A stretch of DNA of 64,000 bases from NCBI RefSeq assembly GCF_052425735.1, contig NC_135768.1, positions 4,526,001 to 4,590,000 of the forward strand, read 5' to 3'. A model generated the notes under the pieces. The model saw nothing but the letters and a program-made list of their open reading frames with translations, did no database searches and was not told where the DNA came from. Of the stretch, positions 1 through 12,900 are shown in pieces (position 1 is the stretch's first letter; each line of letters begins with the position of its first letter). A program made the position numbers and the translations under genes. This DNA comes from Oculina patagonica. Taxonomy: Eukaryota.

Positions 1-115
1 AAAAAATAAAAAAAAAAAAAAAAAAGGGAAAGGGGGGGGGGGGGGAAAATTAAGAAAATAAAAAGTTTTTTAAAAGCCTTTTTTTTTTTAATTTTAAATT
101 TTTTTTTTTTTTTCC

Positions 116-146
<31 letters not shown>

Positions 147-571
147 TAAAAAAAAAAGCCCCCCCCCCTTAACCATGCAAATAATTTTATTTAAATTTTA
201 AATTTCAACTGATTTGCCTTGAGCCAACTCATATTTATTTGGTAGTAAGTGAGTAAACTTAATTTAGCCAGGTTGGTCCATTCAGCGACATGGCTGGTAT
301 CCAGAGGGGGCCTGGTAATAAAAGCATAAGAATCGAAGAAAATACAAAAAATAAAAATTATCAATATATAAAAACTTAAGTTATTTTTAATGCTAAAATC
401 ATAGGTATTTATAAAATGCTTAAAGGAGGAAAGTGATTCTGCTTTTTGAATTTCTATAGGTAATGTAATAATAAAAAGAACTGAACCAAAAAAATTTAAA
501 ATCATGCTTACCATTTGGTTAAATTAAGGTTTAGGTAGGTCCTGTCAAAAATTCTTTTTGGCATCAGTAGT

Positions 572-724
572 CCTGGCCCCAGTTGTTCAAAGGGCGGATA
601 AAACTATCCACCGGATAAATCACTATCCGGTGGATAGCGTAGTTTGTTTTGCCAAAACTCATCCGCTGGATAGTGATTTATCCGACGGATAACGCTATCC
701 ACCCTTTGAACAACTGGGCCCAGG
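572..724. mobile_element. Palindromic MITE
   Basis: TIR cctggccccagttgttcaaagg / cctttgaacaactgggcccagg; a related element is at ~25453-25665. Confidence 0.8.
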
Positions 725-835
725 GTTTTCAAATCGTCTTGATTAACACCACAAAAAGTAGGAAGACAAGATGTCAGCATAACTCCAAACAGCTCAAGCA
801 TTCCTCCTAAGAAGTGAATGTATATGTTTTATTAG

Positions 836-993
836 GTCACCAGTTAACAGGAAAATCCTCAGTAGAAATGTACAGACAAGCACTACTGGTGGGCTGCCGC
901 TGTATAGAACTGGATTGTTGGGATGGAAAGACTGAAGATCAAGAGCCAGTCATCACGCATGGGATGACACTGTGTACAGAAATTTTATTTAAG
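836..993 (+). CDS. PLCB: PLC-beta exon, X box ([15 protein letters not shown]...[13 protein letters not shown])
   Basis: ttag| and |gtaaaa; includes the second catalytic His (THG). Confidence 0.95.
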
Positions 994-3900
994 GTAAAAT
1001 GTAAATTTTAACAGTGTGGGAGGAGGTGCGGTGGCCTAGTGGTTAGTGTGCCAGACTCCGGATCAAGCAGTGCCAGTTTGAGCCCTAGCCTGTTCCAGGC
1101 ATTCGGTTAGTTGGGAAGCGGTGCAAAGAACGGCGAGCGAAAAAATGGCAAGGAGACTAAGGCAACTTTTTTTCGCTTGCCATTCTTCGTGCCGCTTAAA
1201 AACTAACCAAACGCCTGGAACAGGCTATTTGAGCCCTGGCCAGGGGACTGCATTCTGTTCTTAGGCAAGACACTTTACTCTTACAGTGCCTCTCTTCACC
1301 TAGGTGTATAATTTACTGACATTGGGCAGTGACCCTGTGATGGACTAGCATCCCATCTAGAGGGGAGTCAATCAATCAATCAAAACCTTTATTTAGACAT
1401 GAGAGTTATACTTTAACCTTGGGAACATCCCTGGAGACTGGCAGCATATAAAAACTTATTATGCATGAAGTGAACCGATTTAACTCTGACCAAGGCAACA
1501 GAGAGTTGCAGAAAATAAATTATTGAGTTTTTATACGTTTTCAACATCTTTTACCATATTCGCACGTGTATAGGCCGCACTTTTTCCAAATAAATTTTCT
1601 GCAAAATGGGGGTGCGGCCTATACGCGGTATAACTTTGATCTTCATATGTTTAATTCGAAACCCATCTAAAATCTTCACGCAATTCTTTGCACAACACAC
1701 GTGTATAGACTTGGGCTGATGTGTGGCTTTGATATTCTAGTTAATAGCAGTTGAAACGAATGTTTGTAAGCTAGTTTGGAAGCCTGAATTGAAAAAAACA
1801 ACAAATCACTGATAAAAGATTAATTTATTAAATAGAACCTTACATACACAGGACAAAAAATTCACCTGAGTTCAGAATCCCATCTCAAACAATCACGTGT
1901 TCTTCCGAAGAATTAAGCGGTTATCGATCATCATGCCAAAGCTACTCGTTTTCAAACAACAAAACCTTCAAAGTGAAAGTTGTTGCTGAGGTAGAGACCG
2001 TTCAGAACAACTGCAAAATCGCCAGAGAATAGGGGATGATTCAGTGAATCCCCGGTAGTGAATCTTCAGTTCGTCCCAAAGTCGCTAGCGAACAGCTCAA
2101 GCAAGCCGCGTGAACTTTAAATGTCATCAAAACGAAACATGATGTGCTGTTATTTTCGGAGTATCCTGAATTCAATCAAACTTTTCTGAAGTGCTTTCTT
2201 TTGGCAGAGAAGTCGTGGTATTAGAAGTTTTTGGTTTAGAACAAAAATATTACGTACATCTAGCCAATTTCTTTCAGATCGTGTTACAATGTTTACCGAG
2301 CGCGTGCGAACGAGCGCTTCTGATTGGCCAGTTTCTGGTGTCGTGACAACAAGTCAAATGCAAAACAAAGATCGATTCCTTCCTCTCTTGAAGAGTCTCG
2401 TAACTTCAGTGGTGATTCTGCAATAAACTAAGCTTCAAAAGGCAAAGGAACTGAAACAGTTTCAGGCAGAAATTGTAGAAGAGATTGTGAGGAAATTGTT
2501 TAAGACATGCGTGTTTGCTTAATTTAAACCAAGTCGCGTTTAAGGAGCCACCACTTAAATTACCCAGCGTAGCTTGGCGTTCTAGTCAGTCGGGGAGAGC
2601 GAGAAATTTTCTGCCCCGCCGTCACTTTGCTCGCGCGCGCGACCAAGAATAAATTACAAAACACTTGATATTTTCGTTTGTTGATGAATGCTTGGCTTAT
2701 TTCGTTGAGTTTTGACCAGTTCTCAGTAAGATTTGGTGAAAATATCGGTCGGCTTATAGCTGAATAAATACGGTATTTACGTTTTCAATGTTTGTTCGAT
2801 CGATTACAAGCTAAGTTAGATTACCGTGATGAATTTTGTCGTATAAACAAATCACAATATCTTGGTGGTACTCAGCACTCTGAGAAAACTAAGCGAGTCC
2901 TTAAGCCCTTTTTAGAAAGCACAAAATTATTTTTTCCAATAAAATTTGGTGAAAAGTCGGGGTGCGGCCTATACACGTGCGAATACGGTAAATGGTTTTA
3001 AAAAATTTGAAGATCAGCTACAAACCGTTTTTATTATTATCATGTCAAATCACCCTAATAACAAAGCTCATTGTTATTGTATGTGTTTTGTAACAGGATG
3101 TCATAGAAGCCATTGCAGATTGTGCCTTCAAGACATCAGAATATCCGATAATCCTTTCATTTGAGAACCACTGCAGGTTAGAAGATGTGTAATTATTGAA
3201 GGATTCTTACAAGAAAGCAGTTCTTTTACCCTGGTTTTAGAGGTTTGCTCTTTTCTATCGGCCACATAATGTCATCAATTAAGACCTTTCTTATCTTGCT
3301 TGTTTTCAGTCCCAAGCAGCAGGCTAAGATGGCAGCATACTGCGTTAGTATTTTTGGTGATATGCTTCTTGACAAGCCATTGGATGAGTTCCCAGTAAGT
3401 CTCATTTTGATTTTTTTGGTTTTTCTTTTAGACACTTTAATGTTCACTTGTTGCCCCCCCCCCCCCAAAAAAAGGAACAAATGCAGAATTTGAATTTGTG
3501 TGTTACCAAGTTCTTCTCATACAGTTCACAGCCCATGGATCACTCACATGGTTTCAAAGTTGCACCACTCATAACACATTCTAATTTATTTACTTTTTCA
3601 TTAACAGCTAGAAGAAGGAAAAACTCTTCCACCACCAAAAGCACTTTTGAGAAAAATAGTGATCAAGAACAAGAAAAGGACAACAAAACGTGAAGAAGGT
3701 ACCCATGAAAAATAATAAGAGCATAGCACCTAAGTTAAGCAGAAAAGCTTGGGAGAAAAGGGTTGGGAGGTTGGAGAAAAGAGGGCGGGAAGCAGGATTC
3801 CCATGGTGGCCGGAACTGGGAGAAATTGAAAAAAAATTGCAACATTTCACTATATTTTGAAAAAGAAATGAGACGAAGAGGAGGGAACCACACAGGAAGG

Positions 3901-6900
3901 TTTGGAGGTCAGAGAAAAAGGTACGGGAAGCAAGAGTAAGAGGTACTGGAAGTGGGAGGTTCAGACCCCGTGTGCCCCTCCCCAGGGTGGAGTGGATGAA
4001 ACAAATACTACCGTAAAGACTTGTGTATAAGCCGCACTTGTAGATAAGCCGCACCCCCAACTTTGAAGCTTTATTTTGGAAACCTAAAAAAGCGTTGAGG
4101 TAAAAAAGTAGTTGTTTGTTGGTGATAAGCTTGGCCATTGAACGCCAATGCTGTGTATTTGCTGTGAGCTGAACACATTAATCAACTCTTAAAATACCTT
4201 TTACAAACTTCTCTTCAATTGAAATCCCAATATCTTGCAGTAAAGACGCTCTTTTGACGAGATATTGTCTTTATTGCTAAAGCCCATTGTGGAAAACGAT
4301 AAAATTTGAATGGAAATAGTATGAGAACGATACGAAACGATTGCTTAGTAACCACAGTGAATCAGCGTTTGATCGGTGATCTGGTAAACAACATGAAAAA
4401 GTTAACTGAATGTTCGATTTCTAATCATATCAGCTGTGTGTGGATAAAAACCTTTTGCTAAATGGAGGTTTAACAAATAGGCAGCTTTGTGGAGGAATGG
4501 GGATTCCTTTTCAGCTCGATTTAAGTTGCTCAAGTGAGGTGCAAATAAATAGTTTGAAAGAACTACTCACAAACAATTAGAGACCTGAGGCGTTAACGGC
4601 TGAAGTCTTTAGTGGCCAGACCTTTTACCAAAAGTAATGATCAACAAAAGCAGGTTTCAATATGATAAGTGTTTCTTTATATAAGGTTTTTAGTTCTTTT
4701 TCTTATCCCGGACTAGGCAATTTACACTTCTCAAAAGCAATGGCCTCGTAGATAAGCCACACCCACGATTTTGAGCCCAAAATTTCAGCAAAAAGGTGGG
4801 GTTTATACACGAGTTTTACGGTAATCTACCACCAACAGCATGTTGTTATTTAACTACCACATCCTCTCTTACCTCCTCATACTACCCATACATGGATTTC
4901 AATGATTTTTCCATTTTTTATTTAAGGGCGTGCCTATTCAAGGGCGGGGCTTATTCGAGTAAATATGGTAGCAGAACCCAAAAGAAATTGTTTTCAAGTG
5001 CCCTGTTAATAAAATTAACGTTTTAAAGTTTAATATGTTACGTTTTTGTCTAAACTGTTTGTTTTTTAGGTGTTGATACAGACAAGAATCCAACAGACAG
5101 CACAGCAGTGATCAGTCCCAATGGAAAGGTGGAAGCAGTAAATGGAGATGTCCCAGTGCCAACTGAAAATGGAAACAATAACCTGACAGATAGTGAAAAA
5201 GTGAGTTGGTTCATTAATGTTCCCTAACTTTAAGAGAAGCATTATACAGAAGTATTATGCAGTTTCTTGTTTCATCTGAAAGAAACAAGGCCAACTTGCC
5301 AGTAACCAACCACTAACCAATCCAACTGACAAGTGCCAATTGACCAGTAACAAACCAATCATTAATCAAACATTGAATTAACGTTGGTCAATCATTGATC
5401 AACTACTGGCCGGTCATTGATCAACCATTGCAAACTATTTACTAACCACTGATCAAACATTAAATTAACATTAATATTGGTCAATCATTGATCAAGTACT
5501 TGCCAATCATTGACCAACCAATGCAGCTACATCTATTTATAATAACAATACTGACCATTGGGCAATCATTGATCAAACATCGAATTAACATTGGTCTATC
5601 ACTGAATAGCCATTGCAAATTACATGAATTTACAATTGGTCAACCCATTGATCAACAATGGCCAACAGTTAACCATAAGTCATTGGGCAATCAATCATCA
5701 AACATTGAATTAACATTGGGCAATCATTGACCAACTCTTGCAAACTACATGAACTTACAATTGGCTAACCATTTGATCAACATTGGCCAACCTCTCTCCA
5801 AGCATTGCCCAACTGTTGACCATAAGTTAACTGACAGCTGTTTGTTTTTGTTGTTTTTGTTGTTTTTAAATTATCAGGTAGACCAAGATGAAGTTGCCCC
5901 TGAGATGGAACTTTCTGCCCTTGTTAACTACATCCAGCCAGTCCACTTTAAAAGCTTTGATATTTCGGGGGGTGAGTACAATTCCAAAGAAAATAGCTTT
6001 TTATCCTTTAGTTAGTAGAACTGGGGAGGCATGGTGGCCTAATGGTTAGTGCGCTGGACTCTGGATTGAGCGGTCCGGGCTTCATCCCTGGCCAGGTTCA
6101 TTGTGTTGTGTTCTAATCTTGGACAAGAGACTTAACTCTCACAGTGCCTCTACCCAGGTTTGTAAATGGGTACCAGCAAATTTACTGCTGGGGTTAACCC
6201 TGCAACGGACTAGCATCTCTTCTGGGGAGAGGAGAAATACTTCTAGTCACTTCATACTACTGGAACCAGGATAAGCTCTGGCCTGATGGGCCACTAGGCT
6301 TGAACCCAAACTTAGACTTGACTTATTTGAACTTTACCCGGTTTTCTTTTTTCTTACAGAGCTCAACAGAAGTTTTGAGATGTCTTCATTTGTGGAAACA
6401 GGGGCTACAGCCATACTTAAAGAAAGTCCTGTAGAATTTGTCAAGTATCCTTTTACTGAAGGGCTGGGTGCATAACCAGCCAGTGTCGAAGTTTATGCCA
6501 TTTTCTAATTTTGCACAGATTTGCCTAATTTTTTGCATGTGAGCTAGAAATTTATTGGAAAACATTTCTCTGTGTTTTCCTCTGTGCCTTCTTTGGAGAA
6601 ATAACATGTGCACAAAACATTGAGTTTCCTAGCGGCTTTCCTTGCAGTTGTGCAATTCTTTACAAAAATTAATAATGAAAATGGAAGAAAGCACTTAATT
6701 ACATGTACATGTAGATGTAATACTAATCTTAAGCTATTCAAATAAGCCTATGTTCTTGTATGGAGCAGTACTGCCATGTGCTGTTTGTTATGCTGCACAA
6801 TTAATATGCAAGTTGGCAGTAAAAAAAAACATACTCCCTTTGGGGAACTCGGAAAAAAAATTTTCTGAGTGTTTGACTTGCGACCACTCCTCCACTTATT

Positions 6901-9900
6901 TTCACTTTATCCAAGTCACCATTTCACTTATCATTCATTCACATTTATCATTTGGACATATTTGAGCCTTGCAGTTAGCAGGACATGTGTCACACATAAG
7001 AACCCAGTATATGACCTCGCTCACCGTGAGTCCCCTATAGCTCAATGGAGAGCATTCCAACCGGTATTCTGGAAGGTCATGGGTTCGACTACCATTAGGG
7101 AACTCGGAAAATCTTTTTTTTTCCCAAGTATTTGACTTGCGACCACTTCTCCACTTATTTTCACTTTATCCAAGTCACCATTTCACTTAAAGTTCGGTGG
7201 TCATTCAAATCAAATTAAGCAGCACTTTCCTCTAATCGCTAATTAATTTGCCAAATGAAATTTGTGTGTTTCTGTGTTTTACCAACAATTTTCAACTTGG
7301 GCATTCTTGAGAGTGAAATGACTGAGCTAGTTGCAGTTGCAGATTATTTTTAATTACATATAGCATTGCATTGTTTGCTTGTTAAGCTTCTGTTACATAA
7401 TAATTTATTATAGTGTCATTCTTAACATCAACTAGTTACAATAAGCGTCAACTGAGCAGAATTTATCCCAAGGGAACTAGAGTTGCATCTGATAATTACA
7501 TGCCCCAGGTAAGAATGCTGTGTCTTAATCTAAGACTATAGAGTGGTAATTTTTTCCGATTATTATATCAATGCATGGGTGGTGTAGTAACCTAATGGTT
7601 AGTGTGCTGGACTCTGGATCAAGCAGCCTTGGGTTCAAGCCCTGGCTGGGGTAATTTTGTTCTGTTCTTGGGCAAGACACTTAACTCTGACATTGCCTCT
7701 CTCCACCCAGATGTATAAATGGGTATCAGGGAATTTGATGCTGGGGGTGACCCTGCAATGGACTAGCATCCCATCCAGGGGGGAGCAGAAATACTGGTAC
7801 TCCTAGTTGCTTCATGCTACTGAAACCAGGATAAGCTCCGGCCTGCTGGGCCACTAGGAACACAGACTTTACCTACCTTTTTCAGTTGAATCCCGGGATT
7901 CAACTGTACCTATGGCTATGTGTTGAACAAAATTTTAAAAATTAGTGTTTTTATCTTGTTCCTTGTATAGATTTTTTGGAATGCAGGTTGTCAGTTAGTC
8001 GCTTTAAACTATCAAACGTCAGGTAAGTGATTAAATTTCATTTACTCTTTTCCTTCTACTTGAAATTTGCTTGAGAATTCTGCCTGTCAAAATGTTTCTG
8101 TCCAATAATTAAAAACCATTATTTCAATAGTTACAGGATTGAGAACATGTAAATAAAAAATATTTACAGTACTTTTATTGTTCTCTTTGGTAGACTTACC
8201 AATGATGTTAAATCTAGGAATTTTTGAATACAATGGCCGTTGCGGGTAAGTGGACATGAATTTGAAACAATATATGAACTTGCATTTAACTGGAGAAATT
8301 AAAATTATTAAGTGTTAAATGATAATTGGTGGTATAAAGAGCATCGATAATTATAATAATTTTTATTGGTTTAACTGTTTTTTATTGATTTTTTCATCCT
8401 GATGGGGGGGGGGGTAACCTTTGATAGACTAGCATCCCATCCAGGAGGAGTAGCAATACTCCTATTTGCTTCATAGAAACGAGGGGTGTGGCCCCAAGTG
8501 AAGACTTTACCTTTTTACCAAGTGTTTCAAAGAAGACAAAGGGCCGGGTAGATTCATCATCATTATCATAACTCATCACGCCAGTAGGCGCCTGGTAGAT
8601 TGCCTAGATGTAAACCGAATAGTCCATTTTACAGTTGCCTCCTCCGCCTTTGGTGGGGGCCTTTTTTTTATTAATTTAAAAAAAATAAAAAAAGAAAGCC
8701 CCCCCCCTCCTGCGGAGAAATTCTCCCCCATCTGATTTCTGAGCTGATTTCTGACTTTTTCGTTTGAAAAGAACTAATTGATTGACTATCAGTGTACCTG
8801 TCCTTTAAACACCTCTTGCTTTCCTGCTCAAAAGTTAATGAAACTCCCAGACTACTTATTTGGGCAAGCTGAACTTTGTGATTGAAGGATTGTTTTTCTG
8901 TCTTTATTGTGACACTTGTGCAGGTACATATTGAAGCCCAGTTTTATGTGCCGTGCTGATAAATCATTTGACCCATTTGCTGAGTCAACAGTTGATGGAA
9001 TCATTGCTGGTGCTGTCACAGTTAAGGTGTGTCAAAAAGAAACCCCGAAGGAAAGAGTTGTTAAGAGGTTCGCTGAGGTTCGAGAATGAGTGGAAATTGT
9101 TTTTGCGGCTTTTTTTTTTTAAGGTTGATTTTTTTGCCCCGAATTAAATTCTAAAGATAAAAAAAAAAAATAAAAAAAGCGGGGAGGGGGTTTAATACAG
9201 TAGAAACCCAATTTCACAAACTTCCAGGGGAAACACAAATTGCTTTGAGAAAATAAGAAGGTTTGAGAAATTTGGGTTAAGTAACAGAGAAGTACTATCT
9301 AAGGGAAACAAAAACTGCTTGAAGAAATCGGGACTTCTGAGAAACCAAGGGTTTGAGAAATCAGGATTCTATTTTATCCAGCGGTTTTAGGCGTGGCCAG
9401 TAGCCAGCCAGTGTTGTTGTGAAAGTTCTTGAGGCAACTCTTCACTCTCACAGTGTCTTAATTCACCCAAGAATACAGATTATGTGGTTAATGCCTGATT
9501 CCCTCTATGAAGCGAGCCTGCAGGGAATCATGGTCAAACCATGCGTGAGACTTAGTAACAATGTATACAACTATCGTGATTTCCTGCAACGATGTATACA
9601 ACTATCGTGATTCCCTGCAGGCACGTGCTATAGAGGGAATTGGGCATTGTTGGAGGAACTTAACAAATTAAGCTCTCCATGCAGTTGAATTGTCTACCTA
9701 GAGGATGTCTTATCTTGTATTACAAGAGGTGACAATAAAATTAATGCAGGTTCTTCTGACGTGATTGTCATTACATGATGTTGTGCATGTATGATTTCAA
9801 GTCCAGAGGCAGCGGAGCATTTTGGAATGTGGGGGACAAAGACTGTCCCAAAAATACTCTGCAGGTTTTCATATTTGGAGCAACGTTTTCCGAACTAGCA

Positions 9901-12900
9901 ACATTTTATTTTCTGGGGGGGGGGGGGCTCCACCGCCTATGAAGTCTAACTAAATGCTCTCTTCTCAGGTTATCTCTGGCCAGTGGCTTTCAGAAAAGAA
10001 GGTTGGGACATACGTTGAAGTGGATATGTACGGTTTACCAGCAGACACTGTTAGAAGAAAATACAAAACCAAAATAGTACCAAATAACACCATTAATCCA
10101 GTGTACGATGAAGAACCTTTTGTGTTTAAGAAGGTAAGTCATTCACAAAAGAGGGGAAAAAAGGGAAGAGTTGGCTTTAGGATTATCACGATATCACCCA
10201 AAAATTAGCAATGAAAAATTTGCCATTCTTGATTGCAGCTTAACAATTGCTACTGTTTTGGCCTCTTGAAATGCAGCAGCACTATCATATAGGTACAGGT
10301 TTTGTACATATTTTTGTAACTGATTTTGCAAGAAAAATAGGTGGTTCTGTAGCTTGCATCAAACTTTAACTTAACAGATGCGCTTGCGGTGCCCACTACG
10401 GTGGTGATGAAAACAGTTGTTAATACGTTTTGTTATTATTATTCTTTAAGGTTGTTCTTCCCAGTTTAGCAGTTCTAAGAATAGCCGTTTATGAAGAAAG
10501 TGGTAAACTCATTGGCCAGAGAATACTACCAGTAGTTGGTCTTAGTCCAGGTGAGTTTTGGGTAGAGATACATGTGCACTCTGCCAGTAAAGTGCCTTTC
10601 CCAAGAGTACAAACCATCATTGCATCTTTGCAATGATAGGAAGAGCCAACGTCAAAGAAAAACATGGACCTCTGGATCTCAAGTGAAATGCACTGATCAT
10701 TAGGCCATTGTCTCTGCTCGTACTCAAGTCCTCTCGTGTAAACAGAACAAGTGGTTTGCCACCATTACATATCGACTCATGTAGAAAAGAGGAAGTGATT
10801 TGTCCCTGCTTCTTGCTCCCATTGCACGTCACATTGCACGTCCCCAATGAAGACATTGTGACGAAATTGTTCCAGCTTAATGTCCTGGGACTTCACCCTT
10901 AATGTACACCAACTGTCAGTAATAGAAACATTTTATATTCTTGGCAGGTTATCGTCACATCAAGCTCCGCAATGAATCAAATCAACCTCTTTGTCTACCA
11001 ACGTTGTTTGTCCATATTGTGACAAAGGACTATGTCCCATCAGGCTTTGAAGGTTTGTTCAGCTTTGTTAGTTGCTTTCCAAGTTTGGAAAATAATGTTT
11101 ATAAAGTGCAGTTAATGGCACAATCAGGAACCGGTCAGGGAAAAATCAGGCAAGAAAAGTCTTGGGAAATTGAAATTATATCACCTAAATTAACACCACT
11201 GAAGGCTGGAAGAAACATTTCAGGTCATTGTGATCTCAGCAATGTTATTTTGGAAGTGGAGACTGGGGTCCCTACCATTTGTGACATTTTGATTTGGCCA
11301 GGGAAATGCTTTATTTTTGTCAGGGAAAAGTCAGCGAAATTTAAAACGGCTGTTGTCTGGTGCAACCATGCAAGAATTAACTGAGCCCACAATTTTCATC
11401 CCAATTTTTGCCAAGCAACATGGCATATTCTCTTTGCACCATATGTTGGCATGACTATTTTTGCAGGAGTCAATGCTTGCAAAAGTTTTCGATTAGATAG
11501 AACAATCAGAAACTCTTCAAGTGTTTGAGCAAAAATTTGGAAAAATGCACCTGTTCCTCAAAACCACTCTACTATTTTCTTCTCTCAGGGAGATTATTTA
11601 TCTTTGAAAAAAGTGCCAGGGTTCTCATTATGAGCTGATAACCTGTAAAATGAGGGTCTCAGATTTTACATTCTGAAGTCCTCCAAGTATGCTAATTTAT
11701 TATTGTTGTCTCAATTTGTGCACAGATTTTGCAAATGCATTGTGTGACCCCATTGCATATCACCAAGAAGAGAAAAGGCAAGAACAGTTAAAGTCTTTGC
11801 TAGATGACGAAGATGTGGAGGAGGTAGGATTTTCGTCTTTGGAATGTCTTTTAGCTGGGATTTGATAGGCATAATTATACCTGTTCAAGGGCATGACGGT
11901 CAGCCAACACAACAGTACTCCAAAAACCCAATGTGGTCCTGTTGCCTGGGAGGGGAGGAACTCCCATATAAAAGTGGCAGGGGTAGTTGTTAAAACTTGT
12001 GGCTTTGTAATGCTTAGTGTGGTTAAATCTACCACGACCACTCTCAGAGCTATTCATTAAAGTCCAAAAAATATACTTACAGTAAAGACTTGTCCGAAGG
12101 AATAATATGTACATTACCTCTTAGGGTGAAAATGAATTTAAACCATGCCACACAAAACAAGATTCTGGTACCTTTAAGGGTATATCAGTCATTATTGGGA
12201 CCCCCCCCCCCCCCTCCTCCTTGTGGAAGATCAGCCACCTGACCTGATGAAATTGATGAAGGCCACATTGGTAAATACCTTTATGTTTTAAAGGTAGAAC
12301 CTCAATGAGCAGTTATTCCTCATTAATGTTCCACCTTTCAAACATATCTGGAGCATGCTGAACATCCTTCTAAATTAAAGGTTGCCCGGTGATGTAAATT
12401 AAAATGGTAATGCACTTTTTCTTTTTACATTTGTAATCTTATTGTTATTGTTCAATTAGTCAAGCACCATTATTTAGTATTCTTTGAGTCAGGCAGGGGT
12501 TTGAGCAGTGACTGGAGTCTATGTAAGAGACCAAGAGTCTTTACCTCTAAGTGCGCTTCTTATATCTCTACTTGCTGGCAATGTTAATGGGTACCAAGGA
12601 ACTGACAGGGCAACCTGACAAAAAAGTGGTGGTTTACCTGCAATAGAGCTAGCATCCCATTCAGGCTTAAGGTCATTGCCCTGAAATAGAACTGAACACA
12701 ATTTTTTAACCAAACTTCGCCTACTGGTTTATTACTTTAAGGGAACTTAAATTTTGAAATAAAAAAGGGGGGTCACCAGATTCGTTTAGGAGCAGGAAGC
12801 CCTTGTATATTCCATATAATTCCTTTAAAATTCCTCTGCGAGTACTAGCAAAGTACACGTTTTTAGCGATAATTTATTTTTCAAACACAAGAATTGATCT

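Noticed and set aside
1-200. Long A/G/T/C homopolymer runs (also ~8640-8710, ~9100-9190)
   Set aside because: Look like low-quality consensus rather than a biological element.
7031-7102. tRNA gene
   Set aside because: A/B boxes are present, but the cloverleaf is degenerate and embedded in a repeat. The same applies to the SINE heads.
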